Of a stretch of DNA of 64,000 nt, positions 46,585 through 56,089 are shown piece by piece. Both the position numbers and the translations under genes were made by a program. Each line of letters opens with the position of its first letter. The first letter of the stretch is position 1. This stretch comes from an uncultured Acidobacteriaceae bacterium (GTDB lineage Bacteria; Acidobacteriota; Terriglobia; Terriglobales; Acidobacteriaceae), in assembly GCA_963734675.1 (NCBI GenBank), contig CAVTHZ010000008.1:131513-195512 (forward strand). Direction: 5' to 3'. The notes under the pieces are model-generated. The model was not told where the DNA came from. It did not search any database and saw only the letters and a list, made by a program, of their open reading frames with translations.

Positions 46585-47700
46585 TTAGCGTGTTGCTACG
46601 ATTCCGCCGGGGCCTCCGGGCTGGGGTAGATCGGGCGGGGGAATGTTCGGGGGCGGAGCTGCGCCGTTGGCCGGTTTGGGAACATTGTCCTGATCTTCTC
46701 CCGGTCGGCGAAGGCTGGGTGCAGTTGCCGGACGGTCTTCCTCCTGTTTTTTTGCTTCCTTGTTTTTGTCCTGATCGAGGAAGACTTCTTTCTGGGTGCG
46801 GACAATCTTTTCGCCGTCGACCTTCATGGTCTCGACACGCACCACCTCATCGCCGATGAAGCGAACGAAGTTTACATCTGCGGGCATTTCACCGTAGATC
46901 CATTCTTCATACATGGTGTCGCCCGCCTGCTCGCGGTCTTTCTTAGGAGGCTTGCCCATGGCGTGCAAAACCATTTCCTGATTCATGCCCACGAGCACGC
47001 GGTGCTGCTGAATGGCCTCGCTGACTTTTGGAGGGAGCGAATCGAGGTAGGCCTGCTCTTTGTTGTGGGCAGCGAAGTCCAGTACTGGATAAAGAATTCC
47101 GCGCAATTGCGCGGCGGTCATTTCGGGAACGTATTTGTCGAAGTAGAGATCCAGGTAGGAGCCATGAGGATTGGTCTGGGGATTATCAGGGCTGGTGGTG
47201 ACTGGGCCGTCGCCGCCGGAAATCTCGATGCGCTGGTACCACTTCTGCCGGTGGACGGGACCGCCATTGATCTCGAAGTGGATGTGGTCGGGCTTGATCT
47301 GGATATACGAGATGTGGGCGGGATCGCCGGGCTTGATGGATGGACCCCAGAGATTCAGTGTCTGTTGCATCTCTTCGCCATTGGGAGAGATGACCCCATC
47401 TTTCAAAATCAGCCCCTTGGTTCCCATGGGGAAATTGGTGCGCGAGTAGACGAGAAGAGTTTCGAAGTCGTGGATGATTTCGTAACGCGTGCGCCGCTCC
47501 ATGCGAGGGGCGTTGGGAGCGATGGGGGTGAAAACAGGTGGACCTGGCGCGGAATCGGCTGAGGTTTGGTCGTCCGAAGTGGCCGGCCGCGCAATAGAAG
47601 TGCGCAGCTTTCCAGAATCGCTGGTTTGCGCACACACGATACACGCGCTATTGAGAAGGCTGAAAATCGCTAGAAGCGCGAAACCCCGAAGCTGCTGCAT
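46585..47700 (-). CDS. secreted hypothetical protein
   Basis: Signal peptide MQQLRGFALLAIFSLLNSACIVCAQ and a Pro/Gly-rich C-terminus. No family recognised. Confidence 0.55.
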   Translation of the reverse strand: MQQLRGFALLAIFSLLNSACIVCAQTSDSGKLRTSIARPATSDDQTSADSAPGPPVFTPIAPNAPRMERRTRYEIIHDFETLLVYSRTNFPMGTKGLILKDGVISPNGEEMQQTLNLWGPSIKPGDPAHISYIQIKPDHIHFEINGGPVHRQKWYQRIEISGGDGPVTTSPDNPQTNPHGSYLDLYFDKYVPEMTAAQLRGILYPVLDFAAHNKEQAYLDSLPPKVSEAIQQHRVLVGMNQEMVLHAMGKPPKKDREQAGDTMYEEWIYGEMPADVNFVRFIGDEVVRVETMKVDGEKIVRTQKEVFLDQDKNKEAKKQEEDRPATAPSLRRPGEDQDNVPKPANGAAPPPNIPPPDLPQPGGPGGIVATR

Positions 47701-47780
47701 ACCGCACCACCAAGCCCTTGGCAATGATTATATGCGATGGAGGCAAGGCTGGAGGGGTTGCAGCGAACTTTCGGTACCCT

Positions 47781-48038
47781 TCAGGCGCTCTCGGGAGGGC
47801 GCTTCTTATGCTGCTGGCACTTCTTCATGATGGCCGAGCGGAGACGAGAGCGGAGATCTTCGGGCAGTTCGTAGAGTTGGGAGTCGCGATAAATCTCGAT
47901 GGTCTTCTTGGTTGTGTCGCAGACTACGTAACAGTTATGGCACCAGGAAAGATGGTTCTCCAACTCCACCTTTGTAGGTTCATCGATAACGCCGTCCAGG
48001 TAATTGGTCAGCTCGTTCAAAAACTCAGAGCATTTCAC
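47781..48038 (-). CDS. anti-sigma factor, zf-HC2 type
   Basis: MKCSEFLNELTNYLDG...HLSWCHNCYVVCD (H-x3-C-x2-C zinc motif). ATGA overlap with the upstream ECF sigma gene. Confidence 0.75.
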   Translation of the reverse strand: MKCSEFLNELTNYLDGVIDEPTKVELENHLSWCHNCYVVCDTTKKTIEIYRDSQLYELPEDLRSRLRSAIMKKCQQHKKRPPESA

Positions 48039-48691
48039 CGGTTCCCATCTCCAGAAACGACATTGTCTCGTTTATCTCCATTCTCACGCCGTTGGAAGTA
48101 CCGTCCGAGCCTCTCGCGAAGCTGCAGCCTTGCGCGGAGCAGCCGCGACTTCACTGCAGGGACGCTCAACTCCAGCGCAGCTGCGGTTTCTTCGGTAGAT
48201 AACCCTTCCACATCCCTTAACACAAAAACCGTCCGGAAGCCCGGGGGAAGCCCCTGGATCGTCTTACTCAAAATCTCACTCAATTCAGCTTGCGTATATT
48301 GCTGTTCCGGATTCGGGCTCCAGTCCGCGATTTCCCGCGGAAGCGAGTCGTCTTCCGTCTTGATGTCTTCATCCAGTGAAACCGTGCGCTCCGGCTTCTT
48401 GCGCCGCAGCTTCATCAAGGCTTCGTTGACAGCAATCCGGACCAGCCAGGTATAAAACTTAGACTGTTCCTGAAATTTTGCCAGATTACTGTAAGCCTTA
48501 AGAAAAGCCTCCTGTACTACATCTTCTGCGTCTTCGCGGTTTTGCGTGATGTGTTGCGCAATGCGAAACACATTACGGTCGTAACGGCGGACAAGCTCTT
48601 CAAAGGCGGCGTCATCGCCTCCTTTTGCGGCCCGTACCAGCGCTAGCTCTTCAGTGACAGGCTCTTCTAGTTTGTTTTGGATGGTTCCCAT
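48035..48691 (-). CDS. ECF-type RNA polymerase sigma factor
   Basis: Sigma region 2 (FEELVRRYDRNVFRIAQHIT.NREDAEDVVQEAFLKAY) and region 4 (FRTVFVLRDVEGLSTEETAAALELSVPAVKSRLLRAR). The 469-aa ORF in the track is an upstream run-on, so the start is set at MGTIQNK. Confidence 0.85.
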   Translation of the reverse strand: MGTIQNKLEEPVTEELALVRAAKGGDDAAFEELVRRYDRNVFRIAQHITQNREDAEDVVQEAFLKAYSNLAKFQEQSKFYTWLVRIAVNEALMKLRRKKPERTVSLDEDIKTEDDSLPREIADWSPNPEQQYTQAELSEILSKTIQGLPPGFRTVFVLRDVEGLSTEETAAALELSVPAVKSRLLRARLQLRERLGRYFQRRENGDKRDNVVSGDGNR

Positions 48692-49102
48692 TCTTTGGAC
48701 GATGCAGTATTTTGCGGTCAAAAAAAATGCTGCAAACGACAATTCCCATTTTAATGGGTGTGCGGCCTTTTTGCCCAATCCCGGGGGGTGTCGTTGCAAT
48801 AGTTTTCTTGCCGGAGGCTTCACGCCTAAATGCGAAGATTCGCTAAACCCGCTGCGGACTCGCAATCCGCAGAGATGGAGCTTACACGGCACTGTTACAG
48901 GGCGCAGAAATAGAGAGCGCAGAAAAGCCGTTAAATGCGGCGCGACCCTGCCGTAAATTTGAAGTTGTAATCCGATTCGAGTTGGGATAAAAAGGCTGCT
49001 TCGCGAGGTTGCGAACCAGAAAAAGGCAGCCAAACGGATCGGGCCACCCCTTCCTCCACCCCGATTCCCAGGCTTACTTTCGTCCCGAAAGGTGCCACAA
49101 GT

Positions 49103-52100
49103 ATGAGAATTGTTTGCCCCCTTTCTGCGCCCGAGTTGCGGAGCGCAGCGCTTCCCGCCGTTGTGACATTTTTCGTAATTATTGGCATGGCTTCGCCTGC
49201 GATGGCCCAGAGCAGCGGCGCAGTGCCGCATCCTTTGATCGAACAGGCGATCGACGAATCGCAACTCACAGTGTTGAAGGGCAACACGCATCCGCTGGCG
49301 AAACCGCAATTTGACCTCGGGATTGCGCCGGCCACGCTTCCCATGGAGCGCATGCAACTGGTGCTGAAGCGCAGCGCGGGCCAGGAATATGCGCTGCGGA
49401 AGCTGCTTGATGACCAGCAAGATAAACATTCGTCCAACTATCACAGGTGGCTGACGCCGACGCAGTTTGGCCAGCAGTTTGGACCGACGGACGCCGATAT
49501 TCAGACGATCACCGGGTGGCTACAATCGCACGGATTTCAGGTTGGCACGACAAAAGGCCGGACGGTGCTGGAGTTTTCCGGTTCGGCGAGCCAGGTGCAG
49601 GAAGCATTCCACACTGCGATTCACAAATACATTGTGAATGGTGAGCAGCATTGGGCAAATGCCAGCGATCCTTCGATCCCGACCGCGCTGACGCCAGCTG
49701 TAGCGGGAGTGCTGACGCTGCACAATTTTCTGAAGAGGCCAACAATTCGATTCACTAAACAGACTTATCCAGGAAAGATTCGACCCGGCAAACGGCCGAG
49801 CATCACCTTCAGCGATGGGTCGCATGGGATGGCGCCGCTGGATTTTGCCACGATCTATAGCAGCTCAGCTTATGCTGGCGGAGGTACGGGCGGCGGTGTC
49901 ATTATTGGAGTGATTGGGCGCAGTGATGTTTTCAATTCCGGGGCTGATATATCGGATTTTCGATCTTCGCAGATATTCAACGTTTGCTGCGGGAATTTCA
50001 CCACTATCGTCAACGGGGCGGACCCTGGCGACCTTGGCGGGGGCGAGGAAGTGGAGGCTACGCTGGACAACACATGGTCTGGTGCGGTTGCTCCGGCGGC
50101 GAATGTCGACTTTGTAGTTTCCGCTACGACCAACACAGCTGACGGAATCGACCTCTCTGAAATCTACATCATTGAAAATAATCTCGCCGACATCATGACA
50201 GAGAGCTTCAGTGGATGCGAGGCTGGTAGCACAAGCGCCGAGGCGGCTGGAGTTTCGGCTTTGGCCGAGCAGGCTGCGGCACAGGGTATCACTTATTTCG
50301 TTTCAACGGGAGACGCCGGGGCGGAAGGATGCGATGATCCGAATTCGGAAACGGTGGCGCAGGGACCGATTTCTGTAAACCTGCTGGCCGCTACCCCCTT
50401 CAATGTCGCGGTGGGCGGGAACGTTTTCAACGACACTGCTGATCCGACGAAATACTGGAGCACTACGAACACCAATCAGGAAAGCGCGCTTTCATACATT
50501 CCAGAGAATGTGTGGAATGACAGTTGCACGTCGACGGCTTGCGGAGCCAATGCCAACATCGCAGCGGGCAGTGGCGGGCAGAGTGCGTTTTTCACGAAGC
50601 CGGCGTGGCAGCAGGTAACTTATACGGGAATTCAGCTGTCAGACAACACGCGCGATTTGCCGGATGTCTCTCTGACTGCCGATGTACATGATGGGTATGT
50701 GCTCTGCCTGGACGCTTCCTGTGAGCCCAATTCGCAGGGAGAATTCTCTCTTTATCTGGTTGGCGGGACGTCTGCATCGGCACCCTCGTTTGCTGGAATT
50801 ATGGCGCTGGTGGATAGCGAGTTCGCGAGCGCAAATCCAGCTCTGGGTCCACGGCAGGGTCTAGCGAATTACGGTTTGTATAGGCTTGCGGCAGCGCAGG
50901 AGAATTCTATTCTTTCCGAATGCAATGGATCGAGCACTACCACCCCGCCGGCAAGCAATTGCATTTTCAACGATGTGACCGTAGGCAACAATGCGGTTCC
51001 GGGAGAAGTCAATTACGGCTCGCCGACGGCACAATTTCAGGCTGGGGTAGGCTACGACATGGCGAGCGGACTGGGGTCGGTCAATATTAGTAATTTAGTG
51101 GCGCAGTGGAGCTCGTTTACGTTCAATCCGACAACTACGATGCTTACGCTTGGACAGTTGACTGGAATTGTTCATGGGACATCGGTGAGCGTGAATGTCA
51201 CAGTTGCTCCGAGCAGCACCGGGGGCCCAAGTTCGATGCCAACTGGTGACGTTTCTTTGCTGACTGTGCCGAATCAGAATAATTGTTCGCAACCACCGAT
51301 GACCACGCTGGGATTCTTCACTCTGACGCCCGGAACGACAAATTCCACGATCGTTTCCTCGATTAGCGATCTCCCCGGCGGTAACTATAACGTATGTGCC
51401 TATTACAGCGGCGATACGAACTATTCTGGCGGCACGTCCGGCACTCAGCTAGTGACGGTGACCGCGCAGTCGAGCGCAACCGCTTTGTCCGTACTGTCGT
51501 TCGATTCGAACGGCAATCAATTCAACTTTACTGGCGGACCCTTTGGCAGCTTTGTTTACTTGCGCGCCGATGTTTCCGGGACTCCTCCTCCTGCGCAGGG
51601 CACGCCCACGGGATCGGTTACCTTCACCGATGCTTTTGGAGCCATCCCCGGCGGCGGCACGTATCCGCTGAATTCGGGGGATCAATTCCAAAACGGAAGC
51701 AACACCGCCACGCCAAACGGAATATTGACCTTCGACACTGGCAGGCACAGTATCTCGGCCAGTTACATCGGCGATGCGAGTTTCACCCCCAGCACTAGCA
51801 CGCCGGCGATATCCTTCTCTATTACCCCTGGATTTTTTGCTTCAATCGCGACGGCGCAGTCGACCGTATTAGTTTCCGCGCCGGGGAGTTCCGGGACGAC
51901 CTCTGTGTCGGTTGCCTGGTCCACAGGATTCAGCGGGGCGATCAGCCTGTCCTGTACGGGCCTTCCGACGGGAGCAAACTGTGCATTTAGTCCGGCATCG
52001 TTTCAGGGATCGGGCAAGCTGTCGACAGCTAATAGTTCCACCATCACCGTGACAACCACCGCAGCGACCACGGCCGTGGTACCGCCAGCGGGACCCAGCA

Positions 52101-52381
52101 CGTATACTCGCTCGCTGGCCTTCGGAGGCCTTATGCTGTTTTCGATGGTGCTGATTGGCCTCCCGGTGCGGCGGCGCTCGTCGGTTCTTCTTGGTGTGAT
52201 CCTCGGCGTGATTCTGTTTGCCCCGGCATGCGGAGGAGGCAGCAGCAACAGTGGAGGAGGGACGCAGACCAACGCACCACCACCTCCCACGCCGACTTCG
52301 GCGGGGAATTACAACATTACGGTGAACGCGACCAGCGGCTCTTCAACATACCAGACGGGTTTCACGCTGGTGGTGCAGTAG
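49103..52381 (+). CDS. secreted S53 (sedolisin/kumamolisin-like) serine peptidase with Ig-like domains and the same C-terminal two-helix module as 8614-11934
   Basis: Signal peptide and pro-kumamolisin activation domain (LVLKRSAGQEYALRKLLDDQQDKHSSNYHRWLTPTQFGQQFGP...ITGWLQSHGF). Catalytic Ser motif GGTSASAPSFAGIMALV. Several Ig-like segments follow (NVCAYYSGDTNYSG, ISASYIGDASF). Confidence 0.85.
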   Translation: MRIVCPLSAPELRSAALPAVVTFFVIIGMASPAMAQSSGAVPHPLIEQAIDESQLTVLKGNTHPLAKPQFDLGIAPATLPMERMQLVLKRSAGQEYALRKLLDDQQDKHSSNYHRWLTPTQFGQQFGPTDADIQTITGWLQSHGFQVGTTKGRTVLEFSGSASQVQEAFHTAIHKYIVNGEQHWANASDPSIPTALTPAVAGVLTLHNFLKRPTIRFTKQTYPGKIRPGKRPSITFSDGSHGMAPLDFATIYSSSAYAGGGTGGGVIIGVIGRSDVFNSGADISDFRSSQIFNVCCGNFTTIVNGADPGDLGGGEEVEATLDNTWSGAVAPAANVDFVVSATTNTADGIDLSEIYIIENNLADIMTESFSGCEAGSTSAEAAGVSALAEQAAAQGITYFVSTGDAGAEGCDDPNSETVAQGPISVNLLAATPFNVAVGGNVFNDTADPTKYWSTTNTNQESALSYIPENVWNDSCTSTACGANANIAAGSGGQSAFFTKPAWQQVTYTGIQLSDNTRDLPDVSLTADVHDGYVLCLDASCEPNSQGEFSLYLVGGTSASAPSFAGIMALVDSEFASANPALGPRQGLANYGLYRLAAAQENSILSECNGSSTTTPPASNCIFNDVTVGNNAVPGEVNYGSPTAQFQAGVGYDMASGLGSVNISNLVAQWSSFTFNPTTTMLTLGQLTGIVHGTSVSVNVTVAPSSTGGPSSMPTGDVSLLTVPNQNNCSQPPMTTLGFFTLTPGTTNSTIVSSISDLPGGNYNVCAYYSGDTNYSGGTSGTQLVTVTAQSSATALSVLSFDSNGNQFNFTGGPFGSFVYLRADVSGTPPPAQGTPTGSVTFTDAFGAIPGGGTYPLNSGDQFQNGSNTATPNGILTFDTGRHSISASYIGDASFTPSTSTPAISFSITPGFFASIATAQSTVLVSAPGSSGTTSVSVAWSTGFSGAISLSCTGLPTGANCAFSPASFQGSGKLSTANSSTITVTTTAATTAVVPPAGPSTYTRSLAFGGLMLFSMVLIGLPVRRRSSVLLGVILGVILFAPACGGGSSNSGGGTQTNAPPPPTPTSAGNYNITVNATSGSSTYQTGFTLVVQ

Positions 52382-52493
52382 TTGATGGCTGCAGTATCGA
52401 CGGGAAGATGGCTCGCGCGTGAGTATCGCTTGCACCAGTGCGCCGAACAGAACGGCGTTGTAGTGTACGATTGATTCGTCTCACCCGACGAGA

Positions 52494-53501
52494 ATGAAAC
52501 TTTCGGCAATTGCATCTGCTCTTGATGCGCGGCTGGAAAACGGCGCGCCTGACAGGGAAATTACAGGGATCAACGGCATTGAGCAGGCCGGATCCGCAGA
52601 AATCAGCTTCGTTGCCAATCCTAAATATGCCGCCGCCGCGCGGCTGACCAAGGCCGCCGCGGTCATCGTTGCGAAAGACTTTCCTGCCATTCCTGCCGCG
52701 ACCCTGCGCGTGGAAGATCCATATATCAGCTTCGCCCAGGCGCTGGAATTGTTTCACGAACCGCTGCGGTATCCGCCGGGCATTCACGCCACTGCGGTCA
52801 TCGATCCCAGCGCGAAGATTGGACGGGACGCGCACATCGGGCCTTACGTTGTGATCGGAGAGGATGTCGAGATCGGCGGGAACGCGGTTCTGCTGGCGCA
52901 TGTGGTGATCTACCGCGGAGTAAAGATCGGCGACGGTTTCTTTGCTCATGCGCACTCCACGGTGCGGGAAAATTGCCGGATTGGTAATCGTGTCACTCTG
53001 CATAACGGCGTGGTCATCGGCGGTGACGGATTCGGCTTTGCCAAGACGAGTGAAGGAACCTGGCGCAAGATTGCGCAGCCCGCGCCGGTGGTGATCGAAG
53101 ACGATGTCGAGATTCAGGCGAACTCGTGCATTGACCGGGCGAGCGTGGGCGAAACTCGCATTGGGCGCGGGGTGAAGATCGATAACCTCGTGCAGGTTGG
53201 GCATGGATCGCAGGTGGGAGAAGATGCTCTGCTTTGCTCGCAGGTCGGGCTGGCGGGGTCGACGGAGATTGGCAAGCGGGTGATTTTGACGGGCCAGGTT
53301 GGCGTGGTGGGCCACTGCAAAGTTGGAGATGGTGCGATTGTTACGCCGCAGAGCGGCGTGGCGCACGATATTCCTGCTGGGGCTCTCGTGAGCGGGGCTC
53401 CTGCAGTCGATCACAGAACCTGGCTGAAGTATTCGGCTTTGTTGCCGAAGCTGCCAGAGATGGCGAGAGCGCTGCGGGCCCGGATCACGAAAGGTAAGTA
53501 A
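52494..53501 (+). CDS. lpxD: UDP-3-O-acylglucosamine N-acyltransferase
   Basis: N-terminal LpxD domain (ISFVANPKY) followed by left-handed beta-helix hexapeptide repeats. Confidence 0.9.
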   Translation: MKLSAIASALDARLENGAPDREITGINGIEQAGSAEISFVANPKYAAAARLTKAAAVIVAKDFPAIPAATLRVEDPYISFAQALELFHEPLRYPPGIHATAVIDPSAKIGRDAHIGPYVVIGEDVEIGGNAVLLAHVVIYRGVKIGDGFFAHAHSTVRENCRIGNRVTLHNGVVIGGDGFGFAKTSEGTWRKIAQPAPVVIEDDVEIQANSCIDRASVGETRIGRGVKIDNLVQVGHGSQVGEDALLCSQVGLAGSTEIGKRVILTGQVGVVGHCKVGDGAIVTPQSGVAHDIPAGALVSGAPAVDHRTWLKYSALLPKLPEMARALRARITKGK

Positions 53502-53504
53502 GCG

Positions 53505-54242
53505 CTACGACGCCCCAGGCTCCGTGGCTGCAGGCCCGGAGCGATGTTCTTCCGGCAATCCGCTTTCAATCGCAGCTCTGACCTTCTCCATCAAGCGCTC
53601 CCGGCTTCCGAAATCCACCGGTTCGATCGGCGGATGAAAAATCACTCGCACCAAGCCCGGTTTTATTGCGAATCTGCCTTTGGGCATCACGTAGTGCGTG
53701 CCGGTAATCGTCAGTGGCACGACCGGCACGCCGCATTCCATCGCTAGATAAAATGGTCCCTTCTTGAACGGCAGCAGTTTGCCATCGAAGGAGCGCTTGC
53801 CTTCCACGTAAATTGTCATGTTGAGTCCCTGCTGCACCACTTGCTTAGCGCTCCTTACTGCGTCGATCCCGGCGTCGCGATTGCCGCGATCCACGGGCAC
53901 CAGAGACCCCATACGCATGGCTCTCCCGAGAATCGGATAGCGAAATAATTCTTTTTTCACCATGACGGAAGTTCGCTTGGGGATGAGCGGGATGGTGATG
54001 GGGGGATCGAGATTGGAAACGTGGTTCGACATGAAGATGTAGTTACGAGCCGAGTCGAGACGATCGAGGCCGACCGCTTCGACGCGGACTCCTGCGAGGC
54101 GCACGCCACCGTAGGCGCCAATCATAAACATTCGATACAAAAAGCGAATGTCGCCAGTGAGGAAGGTCCAAGGAAAGCCCGCCAATGCCGCGACCGGCGC
54201 GGCGAGGGACCAGAGGGTCAGCATGGCGATCGTTCGGATCAT
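53505..54242 (-). CDS. plsC: 1-acyl-sn-glycerol-3-phosphate acyltransferase family protein
   Basis: HX4D motif (SNHVSNLD), the FPEG-equivalent (YVEGKRS) and an N-terminal TM helix. Confidence 0.8.
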   Translation of the reverse strand: MIRTIAMLTLWSLAAPVAALAGFPWTFLTGDIRFLYRMFMIGAYGGVRLAGVRVEAVGLDRLDSARNYIFMSNHVSNLDPPITIPLIPKRTSVMVKKELFRYPILGRAMRMGSLVPVDRGNRDAGIDAVRSAKQVVQQGLNMTIYVEGKRSFDGKLLPFKKGPFYLAMECGVPVVPLTITGTHYVMPKGRFAIKPGLVRVIFHPPIEPVDFGSRERLMEKVRAAIESGLPEEHRSGPAATEPGAS

Positions 54243-54259
54243 GAGTGCTTTTTGTGAGT

Positions 54260-56089
54260 TTAATTTGAGGTGGATTTAGTCTTCTGCGATTCGCCTTTCA
54301 ACCAAGCCACGCGGCGCTGCCTTTGTTCGGAAGTAGTATTCTCCGCATTTTTGAGTTGGTATGATTACTTCGGCACGAGCCGCCAGCTTCCATTGAATTT
54401 CGCGCTCCCCTTCGCGGCGGGAGCGGATTTTGAGCGAGATTGTATCGCCGGGGTTCAGCCGCATCCAAATTCTCTGCAGAGGTCTGTCCCGTGTCCTTGC
54501 CATTGATTTGGAGAACGGTATCGCCTACTTTCAGACCGGCTTTTTCTGCTTCGCTGCCCGCGGCGACGGATTCGACTCGCATGGGACCATCAAAGTTGCG
54601 CGAGGCGGAAAATCCGGGATCGGCGACATCGGTGGTCTGCTGGAGAAGCTGCAGGCCAACCTCGCGGAAAAAATCGTTCCACGGGATTTCTTCTGTGCCA
54701 GAAATGTATTTCGAGAAGAACCAACCTAGATCGGAATGGCTGACGGCCTCGGCGGCTTCCCGCACACCGTCAGAGTCGGGAAAGAATCGTTTCTCCTTGG
54801 CGAAGTTTTGATTCATCCACTGGAAGACTTCGCGCAGAGAGGCTTGGCCGTGGCTGGCCTCGCGCACGGCCAAATCGAGCATCACGCCAAGCAATTCGCC
54901 TTTGTTGTAGTAAGAAATGCTGCGATCGGGACGGCGATAATAGGGATAGCCTTCGAGCCAGGCGTCGAGGCTGGAGTCTTCAGCGGATTGCGTCAGGTGA
55001 GCGGGGCGGCTTTCGAGTTCTGTAATTCCCGCAGCTAGCGAGCGTTCGAACTCGTGTTCATCGAGCAGGCCGCCGCGGAGCTGGATGATATCCGCCGCGG
55101 TGCTGGTGCATGCCTTCACTGAACCACAGAGCACGCGTGTAATTTTCTTTGCGTGTAGTCCACAGGCTCGAGGGTTCGGGGGCGAATGCGCTTCACGTTC
55201 CAGAGATGGAAGAATTCGTGCGCGGTTACACCGAAGAAAGAATTTCAGGCGAACGCGCCATGGCCTCGGCATTCACGTCAATGGCCGTGGAGTAGGCATG
55301 TTCCATGCCGCCCCCGGCTGGGCCGCGAGGGAAATGGTAGATGAACATGTAGGTCTGGAAGGGGCGATCGTCCATCCAACTGGTAGCGGCTGCGACGACT
55401 TTGTGTAACATGACGTCGATCTTTTCCATATCGTAATCGGCCGGTTCGGCGTCAATGACCACGCGATAGTGTCGGCCGCCCTCGTCGAAATCGGATTCGC
55501 GAAACGTCTCCGATCTCGACCGGTGAGTCGACCAGTGCGGTCGTAATTCTCTCCCGTGAATATTCCATCCGGCGAGAACTGCAAGGGCGTAGCGATTCGC
55601 CAACCGTTCGGAAGATTCGCGAAGCGTACCGTCATCGATTCTTGCCGGGCGTTTACGGAATACATCAGAAGCTGAGCAAGATTGAAGAACGCATGGTGCG
55701 CGTTCAGTTGGGCGCCGAACGGTCCGGCAGAATCGGCATACATCTGATAATCGACCGTGGCTCCGTTTCCGGCCCCGGAAATCTGCCAGAGACTTTTGTT
55801 CAGTTTGCGAACCGGAAGGGAGTGGCCAGCGCGATCTTGGGCGCGAACCCAATTCACGTATTGGGAAAAATCGCGGACCTGATAAAGGGCGTTCCACACC
55901 GGAAGCTGTAATTCGTCGAACGGCCTGCCCGGCGGGCAATTGGATTTGAACCTCCACGAGATGATGGGCGGAGTCCGCCAGAGAGACTGTGTAAATGGTC
56001 GACGAAAACGAAGGGCACGAACCAGCCAGCAGGAGCAGGAAAAAGGCAAGCAGTGAGTACGAGCGGCTGCGAAGAATCGAAAGAATCAT
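54260..56089 (-). pseudogene. M61 glycyl aminopeptidase with C-terminal PDZ domain, about 8 frameshifts
   Basis: Pieces found in all three frames: MILSILRS...VEVQIQLPAG / PFDELQLPVWNALYQVRDF...GENYDR / LVDSPVEIG / TFRESDFDEGGRHYRVV...GGGMEHAYS / [16 protein letters not shown] (HExxH) / [13 protein letters not shown] / TSTAADIIQLRGG...PDZ (AEKAGLKVGDTVLQINGKD) / PLQRIWMRLNPGDTISLKI / YQLKNAENTTSEQRQRRVAWLKGESQ, stop at 54260. Approximate shift sites: 55925, 55536, 55508, 55229, 55151, 55108, 54483, 54362. Confidence 0.85.

Noticed and set aside
48692-49444. N-terminal 250-aa extension of the ECF sigma ORF (48035-49444 in the track)
   Set aside because: The extension is Arg-rich, unlike any protein family I recognise, and overlaps the start of the S53 peptidase gene on the other strand. 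Sigma region 2 begins shortly after the internal Met at 48691.
52362-53414. 350-aa minus-strand ORF antisense to lpxD
   Set aside because: The opposite strand encodes a clear LpxD with hexapeptide repeats. The antisense product is Arg/His-rich with no motifs.
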